Below are positions 10,011 through 22,227 of a stretch of DNA of 64,000 bases, one piece after another. Source of the DNA: an uncultured Candidatus Saccharimonadales bacterium (GTDB lineage Bacteria; Patescibacteriota; Saccharimonadia; UBA4664); assembly GCA_964467655.1 (NCBI GenBank), contig CAYXSN010000005.1, positions 16,920-80,919 of the forward strand, read 5' to 3'. The notes under the pieces are model-generated. The model had not been told where the DNA came from, made no database searches, and worked only from the letters and a program-made list of their open reading frames with translations. Position 1 is the stretch's first letter. The number at the start of each line of letters is the position of its first letter. Both the position numbers and the translations under genes were made by a program.

Positions 10011-11354
10011 GTGTTTCGCGAAAAACTCCAGCTCTCTCGAGAACGATTAGAGTTTTACTACTCTATCGTCTTGCTCATCCTCATTCCCGTTCTCATTGTC
10101 GCCAATACCCTGATGATGGCGTTTGCCGTGCGGGGCGACCTCGACACCGAGCTGCGCCGCAAAGCCTCCCTCGCTAACTCGCTCATCACCGAATCGATCA
10201 GAAGCAAATTGAACGACCCTGCGGCCGTACAGTCGCAAGTATCCGCTTGGACCACGAGCAATGATGATCTCCTGGGGATTAGCATTGCCAAAATCGGTGG
10301 GAATGCCGTCGGCAACGTTATTGCCACAGGTGGCTCCCAGGCCAAAGATGCCAGCACCAGCGAGCTCTTGCTCCAGACAGTCGTCGGCACCAAGAAATCG
10401 GTCGCCCAGGAAATTACCGCCTCAAACGGCGAACGCATCTGGCGGGTAGTCAATCCAGTGCTCGATGGCGACACGATCAAGGCTGCCGTTACCAGCGACG
10501 TGTCCAGTAAGCGCACCGATAATCTCATTGCCAACACCTTGATGCGCTCGCTGGGTATTGTGATGGCTACAGTCGTGCTCATAGTCTTGCTGCTTTTGAA
10601 CCATTTCAGATTTGTCCAATACGCCATGTTGTTCAAGCGACTCAAAGAAGTTGACCAGATGAAAAACGACTTCCTTTCTGTGGCCACGCATGAGCTCAGA
10701 GCGCCCATGACAGTCATCAAGGGGAGTATCGAAAACCTCGAAGACGGCATTACCGGCACCGTCGACGAAAAAGGTCGTCACACCCTGCGCGTCATCTACG
10801 GCGAGACGGAACGCCTAGGCAACCTGGTGACAGACCTGTTAAACGTTTCCCGTCTCGAACAAGGCCGCATTTCGTACACCTTTGCCAATGTTGACGCCCG
10901 CACGATCTGTCAACAAATTGTCAGCACCTTTACTGCCAAAGCCCAGGCCAAAGGACTCCAGCTTGAATACCAAGACCCAGGTACGCCCGAGATGGTCAAT
11001 GTCGACCAGGACCGCCTAATCGAAGTGCTGACAAATCTCATTGATAACGCTATCAAGTACTCTCAAAAAGGCACTGTTGTCGTCTCGCATAAAAGTTCAA
11101 AAGACAAAGTACTCATATCAGTGCGCGACACCGGCATCGGCATGGCCGCCAAAGACCGCGAGAGACTCTTCAGTCGCTTCTACCGCATCCAAAACGATAC
11201 CACCAAAGGTATTCCAGGCACCGGCCTCGGCCTGTGGATTATCAAACAGTACATTGAGGCCATGCACGGTTCCATAAACGTCGACAGCATGGTGGGGGTG
11301 GGCACAGAGTTTGAAGTTGAATTCCCGCGAGTTACCATCCAACCGAGCTCATAG
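10011..11354 (+). CDS. Membrane sensor histidine kinase
   Basis: Two TMs; FLSVATHELRAP H-box, NLIDNAIKY, DTGIG, GTGLGL. Confidence 0.95.
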   Translation: MFREKLQLSRERLEFYYSIVLLILIPVLIVANTLMMAFAVRGDLDTELRRKASLANSLITESIRSKLNDPAAVQSQVSAWTTSNDDLLGISIAKIGGNAVGNVIATGGSQAKDASTSELLLQTVVGTKKSVAQEITASNGERIWRVVNPVLDGDTIKAAVTSDVSSKRTDNLIANTLMRSLGIVMATVVLIVLLLLNHFRFVQYAMLFKRLKEVDQMKNDFLSVATHELRAPMTVIKGSIENLEDGITGTVDEKGRHTLRVIYGETERLGNLVTDLLNVSRLEQGRISYTFANVDARTICQQIVSTFTAKAQAKGLQLEYQDPGTPEMVNVDQDRLIEVLTNLIDNAIKYSQKGTVVVSHKSSKDKVLISVRDTGIGMAAKDRERLFSRFYRIQNDTTKGIPGTGLGLWIIKQYIEAMHGSINVDSMVGVGTEFEVEFPRVTIQPSS

Positions 11355-11398
11355 ATCAGCTAGTGCCATAAGCCGAAGGCTCGTGCTACCATAACTTC

Positions 11399-12448
11399 AT
11401 GCCGGCTCATAAACTTACGCTGATTTCGCGGATTATCAGGCTCGATGTTGCCTTTATTGCCATAATTTTGAGTTTAAGTATACCCGGGTCACTGCAACCT
11501 CCAGCCGCCGGCCAGACAGTCAGTCCTCGTGTGCCTTTCAAGATTGTTGTTTTACCCGATACCCAGCATTACGCACTGGACTATCCTTGGCTACTCAAGC
11601 TGCAGACAGACTGGATTGCTCAAAACGCCAACGCCCAAAATATTGTGTTTGTCAGTCAAACCGGTGATATTGTGGAAAACTGGGATAACCAGCGCCAATG
11701 GCAGGCCGCCGACAGGGCCTTTGCCAGTCTCGATGGGCACATACCCTATGGTATGGCGCCAGGTAACCATGACATTGGACCCGAAGGTACCGCACCGTAT
11801 TTTAACCAGTACTTTCCGTTGCCACGTCTGTTAGCCAACCCGGCACCAGCACCGTTAAACCAGCCGTTATTGACCGGGGCCGGCAGCTTTGGCCCCAACA
11901 ACACCTACCATCTGTTTACAGCGGCAGGCAAGCAGTTTATTGCGATTAATTATGAATTTTGCCCAACCGATGATACTGTCCAGTGGCTCGACGATACCCT
12001 GTCCAAGTTCGCCAACTACGGCGCCATCATTACCACTCATTCGTTCACCAGCGCCAACGGCGATCGCGAAAGAGCCGGGCACAGTTGTCTGTTCTGGAGA
12101 GGACCAGGTCAAAACGCGGCTGTCGACATCTGGGACAGAGTAATCGCTTCTGGTCGTCACAACAATGTCCTCATGTTCTTGAGCGGCCACGACATTTGGT
12201 CGACTGCCGGAGCCGCTAGACGAACAGATATGGTGGCCGGCTACCCCGTGCACCAGATGCTGTCAAACTACCAGGAGTTTAAGCAAGGAGGCGAGGGCTA
12301 TCTCAGGATCCTGGAATTTGATACCGATAAATCACTCCTCAATGTCAGCACTTATTCACCACTAACCAAAGCCTTCAAAACCGACGATGCCAACCAATTT
12401 TCCTTATACCTTCCTCTGGGTAGCCGTTTCACTATCGGTTCAAAATAG
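11399..12448 (+). CDS. Secreted calcineurin-like metallophosphoesterase
   Basis: PDTQ, GDIV, GNHD, TH, SGH motifs; N-terminal hydrophobic segment. Confidence 0.85.
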   Translation: MPAHKLTLISRIIRLDVAFIAIILSLSIPGSLQPPAAGQTVSPRVPFKIVVLPDTQHYALDYPWLLKLQTDWIAQNANAQNIVFVSQTGDIVENWDNQRQWQAADRAFASLDGHIPYGMAPGNHDIGPEGTAPYFNQYFPLPRLLANPAPAPLNQPLLTGAGSFGPNNTYHLFTAAGKQFIAINYEFCPTDDTVQWLDDTLSKFANYGAIITTHSFTSANGDRERAGHSCLFWRGPGQNAAVDIWDRVIASGRHNNVLMFLSGHDIWSTAGAARRTDMVAGYPVHQMLSNYQEFKQGGEGYLRILEFDTDKSLLNVSTYSPLTKAFKTDDANQFSLYLPLGSRFTIGSK

Positions 12449-12498
12449 GTCATTGAGCACCATAGCCTTTTCAAGCGTAAGCGTGATAGTATGAAGGT

Positions 12499-13188
12499 AT
12501 GAATCGTACCCTGCGCCGAACGACGCTTGGCGTCATGGCTCTGACCGGTCTGCCAATAATGAAAGCTGCCTGGGTGCCGACGGGCGAACAGCCTTCCAGG
12601 TCTGAGGCTCCAGCCTCAGAAACGGTATCACGCCCAAACGTCTTGGCCCAAGTGGTTCACCAGGCAGTCAGCGTGGCGACAGGCACCACCGACACCGCCA
12701 GTGCCATCACCGCCTGCACCGGTGGTTACACGGGACCGGGCTGCACCACCCCTACCCCAACCCCACGGCCCGCTACGCCCACGCCGACACCACGACCAAC
12801 TACCAATCCAGGAGGAGGTGGTACTTCGGGTGGTGGCACCGGTGGCGGGGGATTGTCGAGCGGCGGCGCCAACTGCGACGTCGCCGATCTGAGTAACCCA
12901 GTATCGGCCGGCGCCAGCTGTAGCCAAGCCAACGGTACCAGCTCAAACCTGTTTGGCGAAGGTGGCATCTTCCAGACCATCGCCAATACCCTGATCTTTC
13001 TCATCGGTGCCGTTTCGGTCATATTCCTGATTATCGGCGGCCTCCGTTATGTCATCTCTCAAGGCGATAAATCAGGCGTCGAACAAGCCAAAAACACTAT
13101 TCTCTATTCAGTCATTGGTATTGTAGTCGCTGTAGTATCATTCGCCATTGTTAGTTTCTTACTCTCGGCTTTAGCTAAATCTGGGTAA
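12499..13188 (+). CDS. Pilin-like protein (C-terminal TrbC/VirB2-type CPR pilin domain)
   Basis: [22 protein letters not shown]....[15 protein letters not shown]. Confidence 0.8.
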   Translation: MNRTLRRTTLGVMALTGLPIMKAAWVPTGEQPSRSEAPASETVSRPNVLAQVVHQAVSVATGTTDTASAITACTGGYTGPGCTTPTPTPRPATPTPTPRPTTNPGGGGTSGGGTGGGGLSSGGANCDVADLSNPVSAGASCSQANGTSSNLFGEGGIFQTIANTLIFLIGAVSVIFLIIGGLRYVISQGDKSGVEQAKNTILYSVIGIVVAVVSFAIVSFLLSALAKSG

Positions 13189-13465
13189 CCCTGCCGTGAA
13201 AAAATCAAAATCAAAATTTGATACGCTCCTCAAACCCCGAAACCGCCAGACACTCAAAAGAGTTGGTCTTGGCGCCCTAGCGCTCGGCAGTCTGCCGCTC
13301 ATCAGGACTCTAACCGAACCGCCGCCAGGTCAGAGCCCTCAAGTGTATAGCTCGTTTGCCGACAATATCGCAGCAAATATCTCAACCAGCATCAAGCAGG
13401 CGGTTGAAATCGTTCTAGGCGATACCGACAGCGCCAGTGCCATCACCGCCTGCACCGGTGGTTAC
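12696..13465 (+). repeat. Identical 34-bp direct repeat (12696-12729 and 13432-13465) in two pilin-like genes
   Basis: CGCCAGTGCCATCACCGCCTGCACCGGTGGTTAC occurs twice. Confidence 0.9.
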
Positions 13466-14038
13466 GTCGGACAAGGCTGCCTAACACCCACCCCGGTACC
13501 AACTCGCACACCGACACCCAGGCCGCCTACGCCCACACCAACACCCAAGTCGGCTACTCCCACCCCCAAGCCCACCACGACACCCACCCCCAAACCGGGA
13601 CAGACACCAGCCCCCACCACCTCACCAACAGCTACACCGAATCCCGGAAACACGTCACCGACGCCTACACCACTACCAGGTTCACCGACCGAATCGCCTT
13701 CGCCAACCCTCACGCCGGGATCAGAAGACAACCAGCCTACCCCCAGCACTGAGCCAGATACTCAGGAAACACCGACGCCCGAGCCCCAACCGACACCAGA
13801 ACCCATAGTGCTTGATCGCGAGAAGACCGCCCTCGTCCAGCATGCTAGTACTGGTATTGCTGGCGGTATTACGCTCATGTCAATTATTCTCACGGTCGTG
13901 AGCAGCCTCAAGCTAACCAACCGCCAAACTACAAAGCCGGTGAAAGCATCGGCTCAAAAGCTCTTCTACTACAGCCTCGGTGGAGTGACGTTCGGCCTGG
14001 CCTCATTATGGTTTATCAACTTTATTTTTGGATCCTAA
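13196..14038 (+). CDS. Pilin-like paralogue with long Pro/Thr stalk and divergent two-TM C-terminus
   Basis: Shares [13 protein letters not shown] with the upstream gene; C-terminal A...LFYYSLGG resembles the pilin helix. Confidence 0.6.
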   Translation: MKKSKSKFDTLLKPRNRQTLKRVGLGALALGSLPLIRTLTEPPPGQSPQVYSSFADNIAANISTSIKQAVEIVLGDTDSASAITACTGGYVGQGCLTPTPVPTRTPTPRPPTPTPTPKSATPTPKPTTTPTPKPGQTPAPTTSPTATPNPGNTSPTPTPLPGSPTESPSPTLTPGSEDNQPTPSTEPDTQETPTPEPQPTPEPIVLDREKTALVQHASTGIAGGITLMSIILTVVSSLKLTNRQTTKPVKASAQKLFYYSLGGVTFGLASLWFINFIFGS

Positions 14039-14068
14039 ATTGAACCATAAGCGTGATAGAATAAACTC

Positions 14069-14725
14069 ATGAAGCGCTCAGCCAAAATTGCCACCGGCTC
14101 AATAACTGCTTTGGCGGCCTTTGGAGCCAACTACGCTCATACTACATTCACGAGCAACAGGCTACCCACGACGCCCGCTGCCGCAACCGACTCATACCAT
14201 GAAGCACTGAAAGTAATAAGCCAGGCAGTCGTCCTCGTGATCGGACCGGTTGATACTGCCAGCGCTATCACTAATACTGACGGCGGCGGCGGAACAGCAC
14301 AAGCCCCAACCCCCGCCCCACCCGCTGGCGAGCACAGTGGTACCCGCATTGACGAAAGCCCAGATTATATTCCGCCTGCACCATCGGCCAGTAATCCTTT
14401 CGTGGTAGGCACCGGCGACAACTGCGTCACCATAGCGCTACCAATCTCTGGCACCCAGAAACAATATTGCGGGGACGACGCGAACGGCGGCGTCATCATG
14501 GTGTATGCCAAAGAAATCGCCAAATTACTGTCTGGCAGTATTGGCGGCGTCATCGTGCTCATGATCGTTATCTCGGGCATCCAGTATATTTTGTCGGCCG
14601 GCAGTTCCAGCCGAGTCCAGGCGGCCAAAAGCCGGCTCACCAATGCCATCATTGCCCTCGTATTGTTCTTGATGGCGTTCGCCATCATCAACTTCATTGT
14701 CCCCGGCGGTATTATTACCGGTTAA
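14069..14725 (+). CDS. Pilin-like protein (TrbC/VirB2-type CPR pilin domain)
   Basis: IVLMIVISGIQYILSAG....VQAAKSRLTNAIIALVLF...INFIVPGG. Confidence 0.8.
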   Translation: MKRSAKIATGSITALAAFGANYAHTTFTSNRLPTTPAAATDSYHEALKVISQAVVLVIGPVDTASAITNTDGGGGTAQAPTPAPPAGEHSGTRIDESPDYIPPAPSASNPFVVGTGDNCVTIALPISGTQKQYCGDDANGGVIMVYAKEIAKLLSGSIGGVIVLMIVISGIQYILSAGSSSRVQAAKSRLTNAIIALVLFLMAFAIINFIVPGGIITG

Positions 14726-15696
14726 AGGTGGGGGATAGGAGTGAGGTCGCCATATTGGAAGGCGGCCTTAGGTTCATTGGCCACCGGAGTAGTACCAAAA
14801 CCACTGAAGACCGTCGACACATTGCCGGCTGATGAACTATACTCGGCTTTGATAACCCTTTTAGCAACAGGATCGACATAGAGAGTGTTGGTGCGGTATT
14901 GGGCGAGCCCAGCAAGTGCCCGTTGCAGGGCAACATCGGGCATACCCATATAGCCCGCCACCATCCGAGCATACGCTTCAAGGTTCGCCGAATTGTACTG
15001 TACTTCGTAGACCAAGACATCCTTGCCCTCAACAGTCGCCGATTTGACTGCTTTGTCAGAAAAGCTCAAGACCGGCTTGACCGACCACTGCTTGAGCAAA
15101 GCTTGCCGCTGGTCAGAGCTAAATTGTCCGGTCACAAACGGCCCCAGCAGCTGGAAGGCCGGTTCAGTTAACTGACTGAGTTGGACCGGGGCTGTTGCGG
15201 GTATCACCGAGTTTTGCCGGAACGCAATCCATTGACCAATCGCTTTGGCCGGTACCAAACCGCTATCAGCTGCCACATATTTGAGATAGGCGTTGCGATT
15301 GTCGGCGTAGGTCGATACCTGACTGGCCTGACCCGCCGTTGATGTGACGCGGTACGCATTAATCCGAGGATTGGTCGCGACAGCCGTATCAACCAGCAGG
15401 GTATAGGTAATACTGCCGTACGTCATATCCTGACGATACGAGGCCGTTTGCAGGTTATTGTCAACCACCGATAGGAGCGTCTCGGCATTCGTCGGACCAG
15501 TTTGCGCCGTCAATCTCATAACCAAAGCGGTGCCCGCAACTATGGCAAACACCAGGGCAACCAAACCCAACGCCAACGGCAGTTTTGACACGGGGCGCGA
15601 GGGCGGCAGCGGCGTTACATAGGTCATTCCCGGGATGGTACTGAGTGGCCCGGCAGCAGCAGGATCGACACCGCCGGCAAATTGCTCATGCTTCAT
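14722..15696 (-). CDS. Hypothetical single-TM extracellular protein
   Basis: Long ORF with one TM then a beta-rich region; overlaps the apbE stop. Confidence 0.65.
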   Translation of the reverse strand: MKHEQFAGGVDPAAAGPLSTIPGMTYVTPLPPSRPVSKLPLALGLVALVFAIVAGTALVMRLTAQTGPTNAETLLSVVDNNLQTASYRQDMTYGSITYTLLVDTAVATNPRINAYRVTSTAGQASQVSTYADNRNAYLKYVAADSGLVPAKAIGQWIAFRQNSVIPATAPVQLSQLTEPAFQLLGPFVTGQFSSDQRQALLKQWSVKPVLSFSDKAVKSATVEGKDVLVYEVQYNSANLEAYARMVAGYMGMPDVALQRALAGLAQYRTNTLYVDPVAKRVIKAEYSSSAGNVSTVFSGFGTTPVANEPKAAFQYGDLTPIPHL

Positions 15697-16438
15697 AATC
15701 AACACTATAGCGGTCAAAGCCCTGTGTTAACAAGCCATTCCAGTCATTGGTGATAATAAATGCCTCATACCCCGCCTGGCGTTCGATAAACTCTAAACCC
15801 CGCTCGACACCCATAGCAAACAGGGTAGTAGCGTATACGTCGGCTACCATGATGCTGGGACCTATCACGGTCACTGATTGCATACCAACCGGCGCCCGGC
15901 CTGTCAGGGGATCATAGATGTGCTCGCCGCGTTCAGCCGTACCTGATGTTGCGATGCCTAAGCCCGAGAGAGCCAGGCGTTTCACATTTTGATCACGGTT
16001 GAGCGGGTGCCTTACACCAATCCACCACGGCCGTCCGGACCGGCCACCACGGGTCATAATATCGCCGCCAACGTCCAAAAAGTAATTTTTGATACCCCGC
16101 TCATCAAGCAGCTGGGAAGCTTTTTCAATCGCCCAACCTTTGACGAGCCCTGAAGGATCGATCAGGCCGTCTGGCCGACGGATATTGAAGTAACCCGCTG
16201 TAGCCGACTTTGCCTTCTCAGACAGCTCAAAAACCTCTTTCATGGGCACACTGTAGTCATCTGGTGCAAGTTCGCCGCGGTTAATAGCCGAGATCTCACT
16301 CGAAGCTTTATAGGTACTAAACCGCTTATCGACTGCTCGGAGTAGCGCAAAAACATCCCTGATATGCTCACCAGACCGCGGTCCGCCCACCATCACCTTG
16401 ATCGGCATGCCCATAATAGCGACTTCCCGGGTCTTCAT
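15686..16438 (-). CDS. apbE: FAD:protein FMN transferase
   Basis: MGM, FSTYK..SEIS.IN, DPSGLVKGWA, GGDI, IATSG..ERG.HI.DP, ADVYAT. Confidence 0.9.
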   Translation of the reverse strand: MKTREVAIMGMPIKVMVGGPRSGEHIRDVFALLRAVDKRFSTYKASSEISAINRGELAPDDYSVPMKEVFELSEKAKSATAGYFNIRRPDGLIDPSGLVKGWAIEKASQLLDERGIKNYFLDVGGDIMTRGGRSGRPWWIGVRHPLNRDQNVKRLALSGLGIATSGTAERGEHIYDPLTGRAPVGMQSVTVIGPSIMVADVYATTLFAMGVERGLEFIERQAGYEAFIITNDWNGLLTQGFDRYSVDYEA

Positions 16439-16460
16439 GCTATCTATTATAATGAGCGGC

Positions 16461-18023
16461 ATGGCCGATACCACCCTTCTTTCTAGTACTCAGCGGCTTG
16501 TAATCAACCTGTCTGCCCCCAGCCCCCAGCCAGACCAGGACGCCAACGCCCAACTGATCCACGTATCAGATATCGGGGCGGGCTTTTATTTGGCGTACGA
16601 GCAACTTAGGAACATTGCCGAATACCGTGAGCACCACTTATTACTAAGGGGGGCAATCGGCCGCTATTTAAGCCGTTACGTCAGGCTCGAGAGTCCCGAA
16701 CCCTTCGCCCAAGACCTGGTGGTCGAGCTCACTCAGGCAGGTTACCTCGCCAATGACAGTATCAGTCGCGGAACCGCAAACCAAATTGACAATATCACGA
16801 CCCAAGCAAGTCAGCTCCTCTTCGCCATGCGGGCATGCGCCGATGAACTTGAGGCCACCGGTTGGGTCAGGCAATTCGTCGCCATGAGCATTGAAGCTAC
16901 CCTGGCGCCCGACACCAAAACGGCTGCCATCATGCAATTTGCTTACGAGCACTATCTTACCAGTGTTGATAAGTCGAGCCTGGCGCCTCAAGCACCCGAA
17001 ACGATATACCGTGTTGCCCTTACCTGCGCCATCCAGAGAGTCATTTTTAAATCCGATACTGCTACCACCAGGTACTACCTGCTCAAAGCCGCCTTTGGCG
17101 AACCCGACCCCCAACAAGCGCAGGCTATCGTCGACCTCTGCCGCCTCGTCGACGACTATTACCAACACCCCCTCACCAACAAACTAGCAAGCTTTATTAA
17201 CCGCTACGGCGCACCCATGCGCATTGTGCACAAACTCGTCATGGAAACAACCAACGCACCGGCGCTACTGGCAAACCGTCAGTCGACGCTCGCTAAGGTT
17301 AAGCTGGTGTGCACTGAGGCCTATGCTCACAACCAGAAACAAATTTCTACACGTATCATACGATCAATTCTATTCATTTTGATCACCAAAACCCTCATAG
17401 GTGTATCCATCGAAATACCCTATGATATGGCTGTCTACGGGCATATCTTGTGGCAACCACTCGTAATTAATATTTTGTTTCCACCGCTCTATATGGCCCT
17501 GTTGAGCCTATCGATTACCGCGCCAGGTAACCGTAATACTGAAGTTATTAGCGGCTACGTCGATAGACTCTTCTACGTAGGCCCAATTGAGCCCCTCACG
17601 TACACCTTGCGCAAACGACGATTCTCGCCAGGACTGTCCGCATCGTTTAACACGGTTTACGCGTTCGGTTTCATGGGCTCCCTCGCACTCATGGTCTGGG
17701 CGCTCTACCAGTTGGGCTTCAATGTAGTCAACGGCGGCATCTTTTTCTTCTTCTTTTCGGCAGTGAGTTTTTTGGCGTGGCGCATCAGGCGCACATCGGC
17801 CGAGTTACAAATACTCGACCGCAATCAAGGTTTAATCCAGGCGTTGGTTGATTTTCTTTCGGCACCCTTTATTGCTATTGGACACTGGATTTCAGACCGG
17901 TACGCTCGAGCCAACCTCGTAACACTCATTTTAGATCTGGCGATTGAGCTACCCTTCAAGACAATTATTAGGTTAGCCCGACAGTGGCTCAGATTCCTAA
18001 GCGATAAGCAGGATGAGTTATAG
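16461..18023 (+). CDS. Conserved CPR hypothetical membrane protein
   Basis: FYLAYEQLRN..EYREHHLLLR.AI.R; C-terminal TMs ending LDLAIELPFK. Confidence 0.75.
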   Translation: MADTTLLSSTQRLVINLSAPSPQPDQDANAQLIHVSDIGAGFYLAYEQLRNIAEYREHHLLLRGAIGRYLSRYVRLESPEPFAQDLVVELTQAGYLANDSISRGTANQIDNITTQASQLLFAMRACADELEATGWVRQFVAMSIEATLAPDTKTAAIMQFAYEHYLTSVDKSSLAPQAPETIYRVALTCAIQRVIFKSDTATTRYYLLKAAFGEPDPQQAQAIVDLCRLVDDYYQHPLTNKLASFINRYGAPMRIVHKLVMETTNAPALLANRQSTLAKVKLVCTEAYAHNQKQISTRIIRSILFILITKTLIGVSIEIPYDMAVYGHILWQPLVINILFPPLYMALLSLSITAPGNRNTEVISGYVDRLFYVGPIEPLTYTLRKRRFSPGLSASFNTVYAFGFMGSLALMVWALYQLGFNVVNGGIFFFFFSAVSFLAWRIRRTSAELQILDRNQGLIQALVDFLSAPFIAIGHWISDRYARANLVTLILDLAIELPFKTIIRLARQWLRFLSDKQDEL

Positions 18024-18112
18024 AACCTGATCAAAACTCGTGTTACAATTAACGGTGGTTTTTGTAAATATTGTTTGTCAAAAATAATTATTTGTCAGGA
18101 GTTCACTAGATT

Positions 18113-18562
18113 ATGTCCGCCGCACTGCCGCACACAGCAAAGGCAATCGTCTTCACCTGCATGGATGAACGCTTAAGCAACCATGTCGAAAAAATTATCC
18201 ACTCACTGCCTGGTGGTGCCTTTCATGCTGCCCTGGCCGGCGGGGGAGGCGCCTTTAGCTTTGACTCAGACAAAGCCGTAGCCCTCAAGCAAGTGATCGC
18301 CGCATATCACATCAACAAGATCACTGATATTTACCTCGAAAGCCACCTCAGCTGTGGAGCGTATAGTCTTGCCGGCGTAACCTTTGCCGACCAGACGACA
18401 GAAATTAGCCGTTTACACCAGGATTTAGCCACTGCCCGCAGACTCATAACTGAAGCACTGTTAGCTGAAAGAGTACCAGCCGGTACCGTCCATGTACATA
18501 CCAGGGTAATCGACCTAGCAGGGCGGCCGGTTAAGAAACCCGAGCTTGCCAAAGCCATATAA
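18113..18562 (+). CDS. Beta-carbonic-anhydrase-like protein
   Basis: CMDER and H.SCGAY zinc-ligand motifs, LAGG. Confidence 0.7.
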   Translation: MSAALPHTAKAIVFTCMDERLSNHVEKIIHSLPGGAFHAALAGGGGAFSFDSDKAVALKQVIAAYHINKITDIYLESHLSCGAYSLAGVTFADQTTEISRLHQDLATARRLITEALLAERVPAGTVHVHTRVIDLAGRPVKKPELAKAI

Positions 18563-18783
18563 TCTAGTTCTAATACATTCTAACAAATTTAACGATGCCA
18601 TAATTTGGAGAAATGTCCATGGACGGTTCTAACCTTATCAGGCATTATAGGCTCACGACCGCATGAGGAAAGGGTTTTCCCGCCCATTTTAGGCCTCAAC
18701 CTGGTTCACAAGCTCTTTAGACGTAAAGGCGAACCATCTGGTCTACCGGCATGAATTGTGTGGTTGTAAGGGTGAGTCCATTC

Positions 18784-18814
18784 GTTCCAAGAGTGCCTTG
18801 AGTACTCTTGGAAC
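18784..18814. terminator. Hairpin, probable terminator
   Basis: GTTCCAAGAGT...ACTCTTGGAAC inverted repeat. Confidence 0.65.
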
Positions 18815-18852
18815 CAAAACCATTTTGATACTAAATATGATATGATCGCCAC

Positions 18853-19413
18853 ATGACCCAGCCTGCGCTGCCCAACTACGCATTTATTGATAGTCAAAAT
18901 CTCAACCTCTCGATCCAGAATCTTGGTTGGAAGCTTGATTTTGCCCGGTTTCGGGCCTATTTACGTGATACCCATAACGTATCAAGGGCTCTGATTTTTA
19001 TTGGATATATGGAAGAACAAGCCGATCTCTATCATCATCTGGAGCTAGCCGGATATGAGCTAATTTACAAACCAACCCTCAGCTACAAAGATGGGTCAAC
19101 CAAAGGCAATGTCGACGTTGAAATGGTCATGCATACCATCTTGGAAATGCCGAGCTACCACCAAGCCGTCATCGTCACAGGAGACGGCGACTTTTATAGC
19201 TTGATAAATTATTTACTCGCCCAAGGCAAGCTAGCCAAGGTCATCGTGCCCAACCAATTCCGCTATTCCACACTACTCAAACAATTTGATCCCAGCTTGC
19301 TCGTATTCGTCTCGGAGATGCGCCGAAATCTCGAGTATACCCACAAACGCAAAGGGCCAAAAATAACAGCTGAGACGATACCTAAAATTGCTTCACAGGT
19401 TCCGGAGCCATAG
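18853..19413 (+). CDS. NYN (LabA/DUF88) domain protein
   Basis: FIDSQNL, KGNVD, VTGDGDF. Confidence 0.9.
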   Translation: MTQPALPNYAFIDSQNLNLSIQNLGWKLDFARFRAYLRDTHNVSRALIFIGYMEEQADLYHHLELAGYELIYKPTLSYKDGSTKGNVDVEMVMHTILEMPSYHQAVIVTGDGDFYSLINYLLAQGKLAKVIVPNQFRYSTLLKQFDPSLLVFVSEMRRNLEYTHKRKGPKITAETIPKIASQVPEP

Positions 19414-21368
<1,955 letters not shown>

Positions 21369-21729
21369 GCGCAGCCCTTAAATCGCTCAGAACGATACGA
21401 GCGTGGTAATCGTCAATCGGCGTCAGTACTTTCTTCTGAGCCAGCACAACGTCTTCATCGCGCACTAAATAATGCTTGAAGAAATCTGCTTCGCCAATAT
21501 CAGAGGTGATCTCCCACTGCCATTCAAACGGCGGCCGCTCCGCCGGTTTTGATAGGGCTACCCGTATCCGCCCTTCAGGAGTATCAAGCTGGGCTTCTTC
21601 GGCCACCACCCGCTGAGCATCACCTTCAAACATAAACTCACCGGCCTTCAACACGCGCCGGCGGGGTGCGGCCGCAAACACCGCCCCCGCCAGCTCAACA
21701 ATATCGTTTCGGTACTGTTCCAAATAAAC

Positions 21730-22119
21730 CTAGCGCTTCTTGAGGAGATCGCGGATCTCTTCTAACAATTCAATCTGAGGATCACGAGGCTCGGGCTCAG
21801 CCTCTTTACCACTTTGCATCCGGGCCAGCAGGGCATTCATCGGTCTGACGACAAAGAAGAATATCACCGAAGCCACAATCGCAAACGAAACCAAGGCCGT
21901 CAGGAAATTACCGTACGTGATAGTAGCATCGTTAATCGTCCATTTGAGGCTAGTGAAATCGGGCAAACCACCCAGGACTGCAATCAGCGGCATAATGAGG
22001 TCTTCAACGATGGATTTCACAATTCCACCAAAAGCAGTACCAATCACCACACCAACGGCCAAGTCAACGACATTACCTCGTAACAGGAATGCTTTAAAGT
22101 CCTTCATCATTGCCTTCAC
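21730..22119 (-). CDS. mscL: Large-conductance mechanosensitive channel
   Basis: FKAFLLRGNVVDLAVGVVIG, YGNFL, LLEEIRDLL. Confidence 0.97.
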   Translation of the reverse strand: MKAMMKDFKAFLLRGNVVDLAVGVVIGTAFGGIVKSIVEDLIMPLIAVLGGLPDFTSLKWTINDATITYGNFLTALVSFAIVASVIFFFVVRPMNALLARMQSGKEAEPEPRDPQIELLEEIRDLLKKR

Positions 22120-22227
22120 GTATCCTTCATATTACTTAACGCCATCTTACCCCTAATCAGGTAAGTCTGACAATATTTGTCCCCAAAAGTCATTGTCAGC
22201 TGGCTATGGTTATGCCAAGATGGGTAA

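Noticed and set aside
13480-13800. ACC/CCG-rich tandem repeats
   Set aside because: Explained by Pro/Thr linker coding; not a DNA-level repeat array.
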